Positions 25,482 to 40,500 of a stretch of DNA of 64,000 nucleotides are shown here, piece after piece. The translations under genes were made by a program, and so were the position numbers. A model generated the notes under the pieces. The model did not search any database and was not told the DNA's origin. It saw only the letters and a program-made list of their open reading frames with translations. The stretch is from Octopus sinensis (lineage: Eukaryota): the NCBI RefSeq assembly GCF_006345805.1, contig NC_043005.1, positions 17,050,001 through 17,114,000 of the forward strand, read 5' to 3'. Within the stretch, counting starts at the first letter, position 1; each line of letters begins with the position of its first letter.

Positions 25482-27556
25482 AGTGGGGACCATTAAAAGA
25501 ATACAAGAATGAATTCATAGACCTATGAATGTGAGGGAGAAGAGAAGAGGTTTTTTTTTTTTTTAATTTTTATATTTTACAAGGGTGCCATATGAGTATT
25601 TAGTGGAGTGATGTGAGGAAGTGGGGGATGAAATGTTAAGAGGAATTTATGTACAAGTGGACAAAGAGAAAGAGAAACAAGCAGGAGTATAAAGAGAGTA
25701 TCAATGAGTACAGTTATGGCTTCAAATATGCAACACTGTTGCTGAACATTGTTTTAAAAACTCTTTAGCATTTATTTTGGCCATGTTCGGCCCAAATATT
25801 CCACCCGCTTTATGTTCAAACTAACCAGATCCAGCCTCTCACGCCTACCCTACAATATCATTCTAAAAATAAACAATCACATCATCGAAATCTATATTCT
25901 TTTACTTGTTTCAGTCATTTGACTGTGGCCATGCTGGAGCATCGCCTTTAGTCGAGCAAATCGACCCCAGGACTTATTCTTTGTAAGCCTAGTACTTATT
26001 CTATCGGTCTCTTTTGCCGAACCACTAAGTTACGGGGACGTAAACACACCAGCATCGGTTGTCAAGCGATGTTGGGGGGACAAACACAGACACACAAACA
26101 CATATAAACGACGGGCTTCTTTCAGTTTCCGTCTACCAAATCCACTCACAAGGCTTTGGTTGGCCTGAGGCTATAGTAGAAGACAATTCCCCGAGGTGCC
26201 ACACAGTGGGACTGAACCCGGAACCATGTGGTACGTAAGCAAGCTACTTACCACACAACCACTCCTACGCCTGATTAATTTAAAAATGCATGATTAATTT
26301 AAAACTGTGAATAAATAAGTATCATATTTGACACAGTAATCTGAATGCTAAAGGGTTAATTTTGTTTGTGTGAATGATTGCATCTCTTTGGATATTTGAG
26401 TGATGTCGTCATCAAAATTTCCATCTCTGCTTTTCCACACTACCATGAGTTGGACTTTTGGAGCCAATGTTTTATAACCAGATGCCCTTTCCTAACACCA
26501 ACCCCCTTTTAGTACATGTAAGGGACCAGGTATGCCTTTCGAAAATCAGGAATACACTCAGATAGCAAGAGTCTGCTGCTGATTTAACATGTTGGCTTCT
26601 GAGCCCCATTTCTTGTTTTGTCCCAAGATACCAGCACAATATCTTGATTAATTTTGATATGGGTACCATATCATATGTGATGCAAAGATCATGGAAGTGG
26701 CATTTGGGTCTTGCAAACATTCCACTACAACCTTCTGCTGGGTTGTGTGGGAAGGCAACATGTTAAATAACGAACAGCTCTTCTATATTGAACCCTTCAC
26801 ATGATATGACTATGAACAATGATGGGGGTCAAGACAGTGCTTACCCCTCATCTGACAACATAGAGCCTAAATTTATGTTCTTAGAGAGAGAGAGACAGAT
26901 ATGCCTATCTCTTGGCAGTATTCCACTACATCGTTCAGGTGTCTGAACTGATAACAACAAAGGGCCCATGGAATAGTGATTGTACTGATGCAGGAACGGA
27001 CAACATTTTGATGCTGTCATTCTGCCAGATGGGCACTCATTTCGAAAAGTGGACATTTACATTCAACCAGGTTAGCTGGGTGGAAAGGAAAAGGGGAAGG
27101 CCAGCCATGTAGCAAGGTCCATGTTGGCAAATTCTACACATTGAAGCAAGGTATTTAGTTTGGCTTATTGTTTCAGCCACACCACCATCTTATTCTGCAT
27201 AAATACTACATCTACACACCTGTATCTAAGCAGGTGTTTCATTACAAAATCTGTGTATACAACAAGGTATATATGAGAATAGGAGTTAGAGGTGGCACAC
27301 GCTTGAATGAGCCAAGGAGAAAACTTCTATGTGGTTGCTCATCCCGCAAGAAACGAGGAATCAAATCACCCTCAGCTGTCTTAAAGAAAGACAAATTGGA
27401 CAATGCAGTCCCTGATACACACACACACACAAAACAGGATGTCCATGGCTGGAATGCCTTTGATCATAGTTCTGCTAAAAGCACACACACACAATTGTAC
27501 ATATACATACCTACACATAGGTTTTTGTACATGTGTAGGTATGTGATAATCCTTAA

Positions 27557-27777
27557 CCCTTTAGTGTTCAGATTATTCTGTCAAATGTGATGTTTGTTTA
27601 TTTAAAATGGTTTGAATTAATCATGCATTATCTTGTTGTTTAGAGATTTCAGTGATGTGATTTTTTTAGTTTTAGAATGACATTGTAGGGCTGAGGTGAG
27701 AGGCGAGATCTGGTCAGTTTCAATATAAAACTGATTAAATATTTTGGCCAGATATGGCCGTTTTGAATGCTAAAGAG
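27557..27777. mobile_element. piggyBac-like MITE family 2 (also ~25760-26355, ~43871-44088, ~54533-54753)
   Basis: TTAA-ccctttag...ctaaag(a/g)g-TTAA with shared ~220-bp body. Confidence 0.75.
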
Positions 27778-28787
27778 TTAATACTTTCCAACGAATGATA
27801 CTAGCAGCACAGGTTTTTGAGTCTCATCTTCCTGTTCCTCATTCTGCTTGTTTGTCTTCTGAAAAGTGAGCTGAGAGGGTGATGGTGAGGGAAATGGGTC
27901 ACTTCTGGTGGGTAGAGCAAAGTGTGTATGTTGTTGCACACATACAAGACACACACACATTATATATATATATATATATATTATAAGGTACATATATGTG
28001 CTTGTGATTACATATATGTATGTATGTATGTAACTGAATGAACTATATTTGTCTAAAACTCCAGGTAAGACTGTTACTCGTTATTCTCATAATCATTGTT
28101 AATTAAAAACCTTTCTAATGCAGTTGTAACGATGAGCTGTCAGGGCATGGTTCCTGTCATTCAGCTGTTCTTTGGTTCAATCTCAAGTGACTTTGCTAAT
28201 GGGAGGAAAATAGCAATCTGTTTTTTTTTTTTTTTGTTTTACATACATATATATACACATATATATATACACATATACACACACACATATATATATATAT
28301 ATAAAAATCTTATTTTTTTCTAAGAGAAAGAGTTATTGGGGTAGGGAAGCAACGTTTATCATTAATTTTTTTCCCCTTTTCTCTCTCTATTTTTTTGATT
28401 CTTGTATCCTTTTTAATGAAAAATTTCAACAGATTCCCCAGCACACTATAAAGTTTTTGATGCCTTTCCCTCAGGGTTTTGGTTAGTAGTGCGAACATTT
28501 CGGCAGCGAGGAAAACAATTCCTGAGCAGTTCCCTGAATGAATGATAGATCTAAGGAAGGAAAATGAAAAAAAAAAAAAAAGTGTTTTCAGTAGGTGGGG
28601 AAAAAAAAATCTCTTTTTTGGTAACTATTATACAATGTCTACATTGGAAGACATCTCCCCCTCCTTTGAATATTATACAGTAATTGCGGTGGGGGGAGGG
28701 GAACGGGCTGATTTGAGATCGGAGGAACTAAAATGGGTTTTGGTTAACGGTTGTAATATTACATATCTCAACTACCAACCAAAACAC

Positions 28788-28819
<32 letters not shown>

Positions 28820-28839
28820 TTCATTAATAAAAAAAACAA

Positions 28840-28924
28840 CTAAAAATAGTCTTCATATATTTTTGGGTCTATAAAGGTCGGTCGAGGAATTCTGAAGTCT
28901 CCTCCTTCATGTAGTCTTTGTAAA
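28840..28924 (-). CDS. SUSD2-like terminal exon, cytoplasmic tail
   Basis: ttttctcttttgcag|T TTA...; (S)LQRLHEGGDFRIPRPTFIDPKIYEDYF*; phase matches previous exon. Confidence 0.75.
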
Positions 28925-31519
28925 CTGCAAAAGAGAAAACAGAATGTGTTGTTAAAAATGATGGTTTGAAATGGCAAAGAGTTTTAATAAATAAATGATC
29001 AAAGTTGATGGATTGGAGTGAAAGAAGTGAGAAAACTAATTAAAGTCTTTCCTGACCATATTTCTAATGAAGTATTTTGTCTGTCAATTCTAATTTTGAA
29101 AAAATAATCAAAAATTCAAAAGGATTCAGTAAATTAATTTTATCATTATTAAATTGATGTCTGAAACATAACAAAAGATCTGACATAAAATTATAAAGGA
29201 GAAATGGAATTTAAAAGAAAGAAGCATTTTAAAATTGGTTAGTTTTGTATCCCTAAACAGAGATGGTCTCTGGTGAGTTGGTGTCAAATAGGTGTTAGTT
29301 AATATACTGGGACTGCGTCTAGATCATGGATTAGGGGTCAATGCAGGAGTTAGGCATAGTAATAGAGAACTCTTAGAGAAATTACCTTCAACAGGTCAAG
29401 GGGACAATTAGTATTTGGGTTCTGTAGTGAATAAGGAGCTCACATGGATGTTGGGGATAGGTATCAGAAATCCTAGGGAATATGCTTGAAAGAGATATGC
29501 AAGTTTTCTAGGAAAGAGAAACAGGTCTAATCTGTTAGATACCATAGGGACCAGAGCTGAAAACAGGCCCTCGGGAACTGTACCATGTCAACATCTATAC
29601 ACTCATTAGTTTATGACAGGGTGCAGAATGTCAAAGGTGAGAAGATAATAAATGCACTTTACTGACCACACACTGCTGCCTGTTGGTCTTTGAATGCTTT
29701 TAGTAGAATGTTTTAGAATTGGCAGTCATCATCATCATCATCGTTTAACGTCCTTCTCCATGCTAGCATGGGTTGGACGGTTCGACTGGGGATCTGGGAA
29801 GCCAGAAAGCTGCACTAGGCTCCTGTCTGATCTGGCAGTGTTTCTACAGCTGGATGCCCTTCCTAACGCCAACCACTCTGTGAGTGTAGTGGGTGCTTTT
29901 TATGTGCCAGACGAGGCTGGCAACGGCCATGATCAGATTGGTGCTTTTTACGTGCCACCGGTACGGAAGCCAGTCAAAGCGGAGCTGGCATCGGCCAAGA
30001 GAATGCTTCATGGTAATTATTCTAAACTTTGCCCTTAACCTCTCAGAGTTGATAAAAAAGTACTACAACAGCATAGTAGATTGAAAGAAATGTAAGAATA
30101 TCAGACTGAATGCTTTGCTATATTTATTCCAGCTCTTGCTGGTTATAAGTTTAAATCCCACAAGAGCCTATTGACTTGATTTGTTGCCCAGTTTTAATAC
30201 CCCCCATTTAGCACCTTGGATGCCTTTAGCAGAATCTATTCTGTTGTAGGCATTTGAACAAGTCTCCAATTTAAGGATACTCCATCCTATCACCCTCAAG
30301 GGCCCTGTAAAGCATCATGGACAACACTGTTGTCCCTTCTGACTAAAATACGGCAAGCAGGAGAAAAGTATTCTGTTGCAACCAATCAGGCCAGATATCT
30401 GATCTACGGTTAAATGTCTTTCTTTTTTCCACCAGTTTCAAAAAGCCTAGAATGGGTTATGGGCATTGCTCTTCCTCTTCTGGTCAAGTTAAAACCTCAA
30501 AAAAATGTACAAGAAGCTAGTCTATCTACTATAATCAATACTTTTCCCCAAATGAAACAAAAGTGTCAACTTTCAGTAGTATATACCTTGCAGTAAATAT
30601 ACCTGATAAGAGTCCATTTTTCTCTAAGCTAAAATATGTCCGAGACAGTTATATGTGAAATGATCCGGTCTATCTGACTGTCAATAGGTAACGCAGAGTA
30701 GAAAACATCTTCACATCCCTAAGTAGCAGTAACAGCACTATACAAAGGTGGGATCTTTTCGGTTTGAACGGCAGTTTTTCTAGCGGTGTCATATGAAATT
30801 TTCATCCATAATTATGACCCTAGTATCGATCTATTGCATTTCAATCTGTGTTAGGAGTGGGGGGAAGGGTATCTTTTTTTCTTCACAAATGTAAATAAAC
30901 CCAATCTGTTTCTTAAACGAGGGACATATTCATACAGCACAGAATATGCTAAAGACAAGGTATGAACTGCCAAGCATTTAGTCTGTCATCCAGTATCCTA
31001 TCCACTTTGCCGCTACACTCTCTGCCAACACACACAATAAAAGGTGGAACCCCTTAGTACCTTGGTGAATATAGGTAATACAAAAATAAAAAAAAAAAAA
31101 CATTCTACACCTTTGGACATAGCACAGGCAGTAGATCTGAATGAACCCAAAACTGTGGATCTGTAGTCCAATACTGTATTTATCTAAGCAAGAATTAACA
31201 AAAGAAGATGGCGTGTCTCTGTCTACTTACCTTTGTAAGAAAAGAGAATTTGTGAAAATTGGTTGTGGTGTTTTATGGAAGCGTACAATGGGAGGTAGAG
31301 GTACGTCGTCTTTCCTGTGGGGAAGAGAAATATCATCATCATCAGTAAAATAGCAGCAATACAGGTGGTGGAGGTAGTGGTGGTTTGTGTGTGTGTGTGG
31401 TATTATTGTTGTTTAGCTCAACACTGACTCTGGTCAGGTAGAACTGGGCACAGATTCATGGCACACAGGTGATCAACCGATCATAGGTGGAGTGTTTGGA
31501 GTAAAGGTACCAACAAAGC

Positions 31520-31589
<70 letters not shown>

Positions 31590-34500
31590 ACCATCATCAT
31601 TTAACGTCTATTTTCCATGCTGGTATGGGTTGGATGGTTTGACAGGATCCAACAAGCTGCAGAGCTGCGTCAGGCTCTAATGCCATTTTTGGCATAGTTT
31701 CATTAGCTGGATGCTCTTCCTAATGCTGGGCATTTTATAAAAGTTCACTGGATGCATTTTTTTCCCATGACAATGGCCACTAGTAAGGTGACCAAGTATT
31801 TTACAAGATAAATAAAGGAAACGGAAAAAGCTGCTTCAATTTAGAGGGATTGCATTTGAGAATGCGCGGTGGCTTTATGCCAGATATTGAAAGTGTGACA
31901 GAGGGACAAGCACAGGTTTTTTGCCATAGAGAAGATACATGGCTACCTCCGCATTATATGAGGGTGGGTAAGAGTAGCTGGAAGAGAGAGATAAAAATGG
32001 TATTTGGTAGCTGTAAATTCACCATAAGTCAGCCATCATCATCATCATCGTTTAATGTCCGCTTCCTATGCTAGCATGGATTGGACGATTTGACTGAGGT
32101 CTGGTGAACCAGATGGCTGCACCAGACTCCAATCTGATCTGGCAGAGTTTCTATAGCTGGATGCCCTTCCTAATGCCAACCACTCCGAGAGTGTAGTGGG
32201 TGCTTTTATGTGCCACCTGCACGAGGGCCAGTCAGGCAGTACTTGCAATGGCCACACTCAAATGGTGCTTTTTATGTGCCACCTGCACAGGAGCCAGTCC
32301 AGCAACGATCTAGCTTGAATGTTTTTTCATATGCCACCAGCACAAGTGCCAGTAAGGTGATGCAGGTACGATCACGCTCGAATGGTGCTTTTTACGTGTC
32401 ACCGGCACGGAGGCCAGTTTGTTGCCCCGGCAACGATCACACTCGTATGGTACTCTTAGTGCTCCACTAGCACGGATGCCAGTCATGGAATTTGATTTCG
32501 ATTTCGAAGCACACACATACACACACAAGTAAATACAGGTTCCCTGCAAGCTGAATTTACAAGTGCAGCACAGCTTTGCAACATTGTGGGACCCAGGTTC
32601 TAGGTATGAGTCCTGAAAGCAGAGCATCTTGAGAGGCAGACAACGATATGATGTTGCAGCTGCTGATGGTGAGGATGGTAGTTTTGGTAATGCAGCTCCC
32701 ACTGATAACAATTTTGTCTGTAGTGGTGGCAGTGATACATAGACAGTGATGACGATGACATCATTCAACATTCTCTTTTCCTTAATGGCATGGGCAAGAA
32801 CAGACAAGCGAAAGGGTGCTGTCATCATCATCATCGTTTAGCGTCCGCTTTCCATGCTAGCATGGGTTGGACGGTTCAACTGGGGTCTGGGAAGCCAGAA
32901 GGCTGCACCAGGCCCAGTCTGATCTGGCAATGTTTCTACGGCTGGATGCCCTTCTAACGCCAACCACTCCATGAGTGTAGTGGGTGCTTTTTACGTACCA
33001 GACGAGGCTGGAAAATGGCCATGATCGGATGGTGCTTTTTATGTGCCACCAGCATGGAGGCCAGGCTGTCAGGTGCTATATCTATTGGGTTATCCGAAAA
33101 GTTTGTGCTGATTTATAGTAGCTTACCTTTCGACTTATTTTAGAACATGGTTGAGTCCATAAAATAGGATTTGACTACTCCTCCATTTAGAGCACAGTTT
33201 AAGCTATCTTTCCGTGGAAGAAGGTTTATGTTCCTATAACCTGTGTTAATTCTGTAACCCTTTAAAATGGAAGATAAGAAAGTTCATTTTCGGCACTTGA
33301 TGCTTTTCTTTGTCTGTAAAGGGAAAAATGCCAACACAAGCAACCAAAGAAAAATGCGCAGTTTACAGTGATGTTTCTTTATCTGAAAGCACTGTACGGA
33401 AGTTGTTTGCAAGGTTCCGAGCTGGATATTGGAGCCTTATTGATAAAGAGCGATAAGGCAGACCATCCACTACAGATGATGACCAAATCAAGCCATTAAT
33501 TAAGAATAACCTACATTGCACAACCCGGGAATTGGCAGAAAGCCTCAACTTATCAAAATCCGTCGTTCACGAGCACATGGTAAAGCTTGGGTAATGGCAA
33601 GTATTTATTGACCTTTTTCTTTCCTTTAAAAATCAGTACAAACTTTCTGGACAACCCAATACTTTGGCATGGTTTCTACAGGTGGCTGCCCTTCCTAATG
33701 ATGCAGATATATCATCAGAATGAACTTACCTGAACGTTTGACGTACTGATAGTCTTCGAAATTTAAAAAATATAATTAGGAATATCAGGATGAGGGCTAG
33801 CAATGCACCGGTACCACCTGCCCAGTAGTACCAGACCTCTGGTTGTCCTGTGTTTGCAACTGTAACCAAATGGAAAACAAAATATATAAATCACTGAGAA
33901 AGTTATGTTTATAAGTTGAAATGGTTTGCAAATTTCCACAAAATTATTTCACAAAGTATCCTTATAGCTATGATCATCATCATCAGAGCTGACTTGTATC
34001 AGAATGAGATATCTTGTAGGTGATGAGGACATCTGTGCGTGTATAATGTAGAATTAGCTTTTGCATATATAAACCATCACACACCAACCCCATGTATACA
34101 CACACACATCAGCTATCACATGTATGAGTACACCTGTGTATGCATGATGAGTCTAATACAGAATAAACTATTTCACATACACATTGGCCACCATACACCA
34201 TGTATTATGCATTATCTGTAAGACACAATCCAGCCATTACACAGGGTTTGAAACAATAACCAGATCACCTGGAGATAATCTCAATGTAGACCGAAATTAA
34301 ACTAACACCCAAGATAAACTCTGGTTCTGTGCTTAACTGATATACAGCACTGTGCCCTTCACGACTGGAGAGTATAGAGCTGATAATGGTTAAATTGTTC
34401 GAATGCTAAACTTCAAGAATCATAAATCATGAGTTGAAATCCACGTTGAGAGACCTTCAGTGGCATATTTAACCCTTTCATTACCAACCTGCCTGAAACC

Positions 34501-37500
34501 GGCTCTGACTCTGAGTACAAATGTCTTGTTTCCATAAGTTTTGAATTAAAAATCTTCCACCAAACCTAACACTAGCTGAATGATAACTAAGTTATTTTAC
34601 TACATTCTTTGTTATATTTAAAGTAATTGAAAGAAACACAGATCATCTCAAAATAAATACAGTAACGAAAGGGTTGAGAAACCCACTTAATTCTTCGCTA
34701 TTTTGCACCGAATGCAAACAAATGGGTATGCAATGGTCACCCAGAAGTAGTTGACAGTTGTAAGGTTTATTATATAAGTGGTTCTCAACTGGGGTCTGTA
34801 CAAAAAAATAGTAAATTAGGAATCCACAATAGTATTTTAAGGGCCCTTGAGAAAACTTTGTTTTAGATGTGTGAATTGGTATGTACTGCAACAGCTAGGT
34901 TTCTTTCGCAAACATTTTAAATGGTTCAACCTACAGTTAACATGTGAAGAACAAATTAGGAATTTTGAAAGAAATTTCTCCAAAACAAGTTTTTAAACAT
35001 TGAATGGGTGCGTGTTTGTGTGGGGGTGTCCACCAGAATGAAATAGCCGTCAAGGGTTCCACAGATAAAAAAAAATGGTTGAGAGCCTTTGGTTTATATG
35101 ATGAAAGTCTTTGAATTGCTTACATGACTGACTACAAGTAGTTGATAAGGTAAAAACAGTAGCTAAATCTCATATCATATCTATGCTATACCCATGGGTG
35201 AAATATTGAGGAAAGGAATTTGAATTCAATGCAGCAAACTAGTGGAACAACCGTTTATATAGAGTGCTCCCTCTTACTACAGACATCATCTTTATTCTTT
35301 GATTCCTTTAACTGCTTCAGTCATTGGACTGTGGCGATGAATGAGCACTGACCAAACCCACCCCAGTACTTATTGCATTTGTCTCTTTTGTCGAAGAATT
35401 GCTGTTACAGGGACATACACAAACCAACACCGGTTGTCACATGGTGGAGAGACAAACACAAAGTCGTTATTTACAGAAACTAGAAACTAATTAGTTTAGT
35501 TGAAAAGAAGCAGTGAAAATGAAACTGTTAAGAGTAGAAGGGAGAGAGAGAGAGAGAGAAAAGAAGAGAGATGATTTTTGAGCAAAACTACTGACCACTT
35601 TTGAGACATTTTGCCACTGTGCCATTCCAAGTGCCATTTGATAAACAGAGCAGCTGGTGGGCATGGAAATGCGTGTAGCCTGGGTCACACTGGAACAAAG
35701 CATAATCGCCTGGTAAATGACCACTGATGGTCATATTACCATTCTCCAAGAACTCAATTGAAGGACATCGAATTTCTGAAACAAGAAAATTAAAAGGATA
35801 TATTTAATACTTAGCTGGGTTTTTTTTTTTTAAATTTGATTTTGAGTTTTGTTTCAATTTATTTATTCTTTTATTCTTTTACTTGCTTCAATCATTGGAC
35901 TGCAGTCATGCTAAGGGGTTTAGTCGATCAAATCAATACCAGTATAAATTTTAAGCCTGGTACTTAAACCAGTATTCTAACATTTACCAACAGCATAACT
36001 CACACACAAAGGGAGAGAATCTCTACATAATCATTTAACTAATTAGAAACAGCAACACAATTCTATCAAATCACATGCTACCGTCTTAAAACAAGAAGGA
36101 CACATTGGACAATGTAGATCCTGATAAGCAGACAAATAGGGTGGTCAAAGCTGGAGTGTGTTTGATTATAGGCCTGTTCAATCAGGACTGACCAAGGATC
36201 AAACAAAGACAACACATCACTGAAATATCATTTGAAATACAAAGTCTAATAATGAATTGTCAGGTATGGAAACTTACCAATTTCTATGTCTTTTTTGAGG
36301 GCTGAAAATTTGGCCACAAAGTTCTTTATAGCCAAGGCAACTGATGGCTTCCCAATAACCTGAAAGTCAAATCGACATGGTGCTACATCCCCACAGAGCT
36401 TAATGGTGCCGTTTCGAAGGTTGTTTTCATCCAGTTTGTCGATGAAAACTGGTTGGTAATTGTCTTCTTCTGTTGTTGCTGGTTTGTAGGACTTGGAAAA
36501 CAAACTGTCTTTAGCTGCAACCCTCCCTGTTGGTGAAAGTCAAAATAGCCCATTGTTTATCATTGGTAAAACACATTTGTAAAATTAGATAGTTTATGTG
36601 ACATGAGGAGAGGTGGAGAAAATTCTAATATTGCATGCAGAGGTAGGTTAGGACTAGAAATGAGAAATGGTTTTGGACGGATGTAAAGAATAAAGTCGAG
36701 TGACATGTGTGGAGTGTTGTAAAAGAAGATGGAAAACTGTTCTTTGTCAAACCTCAGAATTCACTTAATCTCTCCTCACAGCATGTAAACTTAATCTTAT
36801 TTCATAAATCTTATCAACGGTTTGCTTGTCAGTGGCATAAAATTTTATGATTATTTGGGTGCTGAAGTCAAATATGAAATATGAAAAAAAAGATAATGCA
36901 AGAAGGACAAAGTTTAACCAAATAGATTCCTGTTTACTGAAACCATTAAAATGCCTTTTAAATTCTAAGAAGTTTTAAAGCCAGTGCTAACCTAATCATC
37001 ATCATCATCGTTTAGCGTCCGCTTTCCAGCATGGGTTGGCCGGTTCAACTGGGGTCTGAGAAGCCAGAAGGCTGCACCAAGCCCAGTCTGATCTGGCAAT
37101 GTTTCTATGGCTGGATGCCCTTCCTAACGCCAACCACTCCGTGAGTGTAGTGGGTGCTTTTTACGTGCCAGACGAGGCTGGCAAATGGCCACGTTCGGAT
37201 GGTTCTCTTACGTACCACTGGCACTAGTATCACAGTTGCAATTTCTATTGATGTTGATCGATTTCGATTTTGAATATTAAGGGGATGAGATATAAACACC
37301 CTCATGGATAGGACACCAGCCTATTGCAAGTTACATCTCCAGATAACCTATGACCCACAGCTTGGTGAGAAAAAACAAAACAGAATAAAATGCTCTTTGA
37401 TATGGAGTTGTCAGATAGCTTTACTGTGAATGACATTAATTCTGCTTCTTCTAACTAAACTACCAACAACATGTACCAATCTCTTGGTGAGCACTTTGCC

Positions 37501-40500
37501 ATTCATATCCCATTTGTATGGATCTTTCACTATTCCATGGCTCACATGATTTGGGATACTTCCAGTTGGCTGCCAAGACAATAGCAAATGAGCCTGGCAA
37601 GTAACAAATAATTTTATAGGGCAGGCTATACTTGTCCCTTTTAATGAATCCCACCATTAATAATAGTTTTTTTTTTTTTTTCTGAAGGGACAAGGCCTGA
37701 AATTTTTGTTGGGTGGAGGAGAGTTGATTACATTGACCCCAGTGCTCAAATGGTACTTACCTCATTGACCCTGAAAGGATCAATAAAGGTCCCTGAAAGG
37801 CAAAGTTGACACTGGCAGAATTTGAACTGAGACAGACAAGAAGCTACTGCTAATCATTTTGTCTGACATTTTTTTTTCTCTTTTACTTGTTAATTGTTCA
37901 CAAGGGGCTAAACATAGAGGGGACAAACAAGGACAGACAAAGAGACTAAGTCGATTACATCGACCCCCAAAAGGATGAAAGGCAAAGTTGACTTCAGTGG
38001 AATTTCAACTCAGAATGTAGTGGCAGAAGAAATACCTATTTCTTTACTACCCACAAGGGGCGAAACACAGAGGGGACGAACAAAGACAGACAAATGAATT
38101 AAGTCAATTATATCGACCCCAGTGCATAACTGGTACTTATTTAATCGACCCCGAAAGGATGAAAGGCAAAGTCGATCTCGGTGGAATTTGAACTCAGAAC
38201 GTAGCAGCAGATGAAATACTGCTAAGCATTTCGCCCGGCACGCTAACGATTCTGCCAGCTCAGTTGGTGCTTTTTACATACCACTGGCACAAGAGCCGGT
38301 CAGGGGGCACTGTCATCTTAAAAATAATTGCACTCGTCAATTCTGGTCAATGAAATTTTCCAAGGGGGTCGGGGAAGATGACAACAACAATATATAAAGT
38401 TAAGTGACCGTGTAAACTTACATGTATTACCAAACTTATAATGGATGTCCTCCATACTGGAACTGGTTGGTATTATGGTTCCATCTCGTGCTCTGAAGTC
38501 ATCTGATATGTTGCCATTATAGTTACCTAGCAACCCTTCTACATTGTCTGGTGAGAAAAGCAAGATACAAATAAATTTACTCTGTGTGTGTATATGTGTG
38601 TGTGTATGTATATATATATAATGGGAAAGTTTACAAAAATAAACAAAAGATGAAGGCAGGTGGAATACAAACAAACAATTGTATTAGTATGGCGCTCAGG
38701 AATAGAAATAAAACAAGTCTTTTACGTTTCGAGCCTATGCTCTTCGACAGAAAGATACACAGAAAAGAAACAAGGAGAGAAAAAAATGGATGTAGGAGCT
38801 AACAATCTATCATGGCGATATATATATATACACACACATATACATATGTGTCAACATGAAACAGAAAATATAGAGAGAGACATAAGAATTCTGGAGCAAA
38901 ACACCTCATCTTATGTTGCTTTATGATCACTTTGGCATCTAATGGGTGGCACACTATGTACCTGGACAGGGAATGTCAATTTGATTGCTGTAAACAAATC
39001 ATCTGTGCAGGGTGTTGAGCAAGAAATTGCAGAATGTTAACCTGTTGTCTATGGCAAGGGTGTACACCACATCTAAATATATATCAGGTCAGGTGCCCCT
39101 GCAGGAGTCCTGTGTAGGTGCCATGTAAAAAGCACTCGTGCCAATGCCACGTGAAAGCGCCTGTGTGGTGCCACATAAAAGTGTCCGTACGACGTCAGGT
39201 AAAAGTATCATGCATTGCTAGCCATGTGAAAATTCCCACGTGGTGCCATATAAAAGCAACCAGCACACTTTGTAAAGCGGTTGGCATTAGGAAGGGCATC
39301 TAGCAGTAAATCAAACTGGACTGAAACTTGATTAGGGTATTGGTGCAGCTCTCCTGCTTGCCAGCTCTGGTCAAACTGTCAAACCCAAGCAAACATGGAA
39401 AATGGACATTAAATGAACAAAATAGTGTTAACATATTTAATGCAGGGATTATTAAAGACTCAACTAGAGATAATTATGTTGTGTGAAAAGAAACATTAAT
39501 CACTGACTCCTATCATTCTACATTTCAGATACGTATGAGAAACAACTCTTTGTATATTTCAGCCTTATTATGACCTCATTAGCAAAGTAGAGACTCCACT
39601 GTACCTTATGAGAGAATCACAAGTATAAGAGATGTAGTTGAGTAACATAATGGTAACAGTGTTTTTATAGGATACACACACATATCATTGATGACCCCAC
39701 TGCTAATGGATGAGGAAACCCTGCATTACACTGTCGACAACAACACAAACCAATTCAGAGAACCTCTGCACAGCTACTTGGCTTACTAGAAATAGCAACC
39801 ATATTGCTCTTAAAATCATGCATACCACCTGAAAGAGAACGACACAATGGAATATGTAGATGCAGCAACAATCATCATCATCATCATCATTATCATTTAA
39901 CGTCCGCTTTCCATGCTAGCATGGGTTGGACGATTTGACTGAGGTCTGGTGAACCAGGCCCCAATCTTGATTTGGCGGGGTTTCTACAGCTGGATGCCCT
40001 TCCTAACGCCAACCACTCCGAAAGTGTAGTGGGTGCTTTTTACGTGCCACCGGCACAAGGGCCAGTTTGGTGGTACTGGCAACGACCTCGCTTGAATTTT
40101 TTTTTTTTTAAATGTGTGTGTGTGTGTGTGTGGGTGATTGTTAAAATTAGGTACGCTTAATTAGAGCTGACCTGGCTGGCAGTAAATAAGAATGAACAAT
40201 ACTTACTTCTTAAAGCTTTTGATCCCATCAGAACAAGAATATTCATGACGTCAGGAGTGACCTCAATTTCAATAGAGAGTTCGTGAGAAGAGAAGACAAC
40301 CATTATGTCTGTGGAGTTCTCGTGGTTCTCATGGATATTGATTGTCAGTCCTGCAACAGAGAAACAGAAGTTAGAGTGGAATTAGTATTGTTGGGGAGTG
40401 ACTGGTCTATAACTGGTAAAAGTTAGTATAGTGAGATTGGGGGTTAATACAAAAGAAGAGGGGCAGCTGTAATACTGAAATGACCTGGTATAATACACTA

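Noticed and set aside
24530-25518. Long ORFs (up to 309 aa) rich in Y/I/H/T
   Set aside because: Translations of (TA)n/(CA)n microsatellite; the same applies at 5238-5674, 12756-13117 and 16878-17213.
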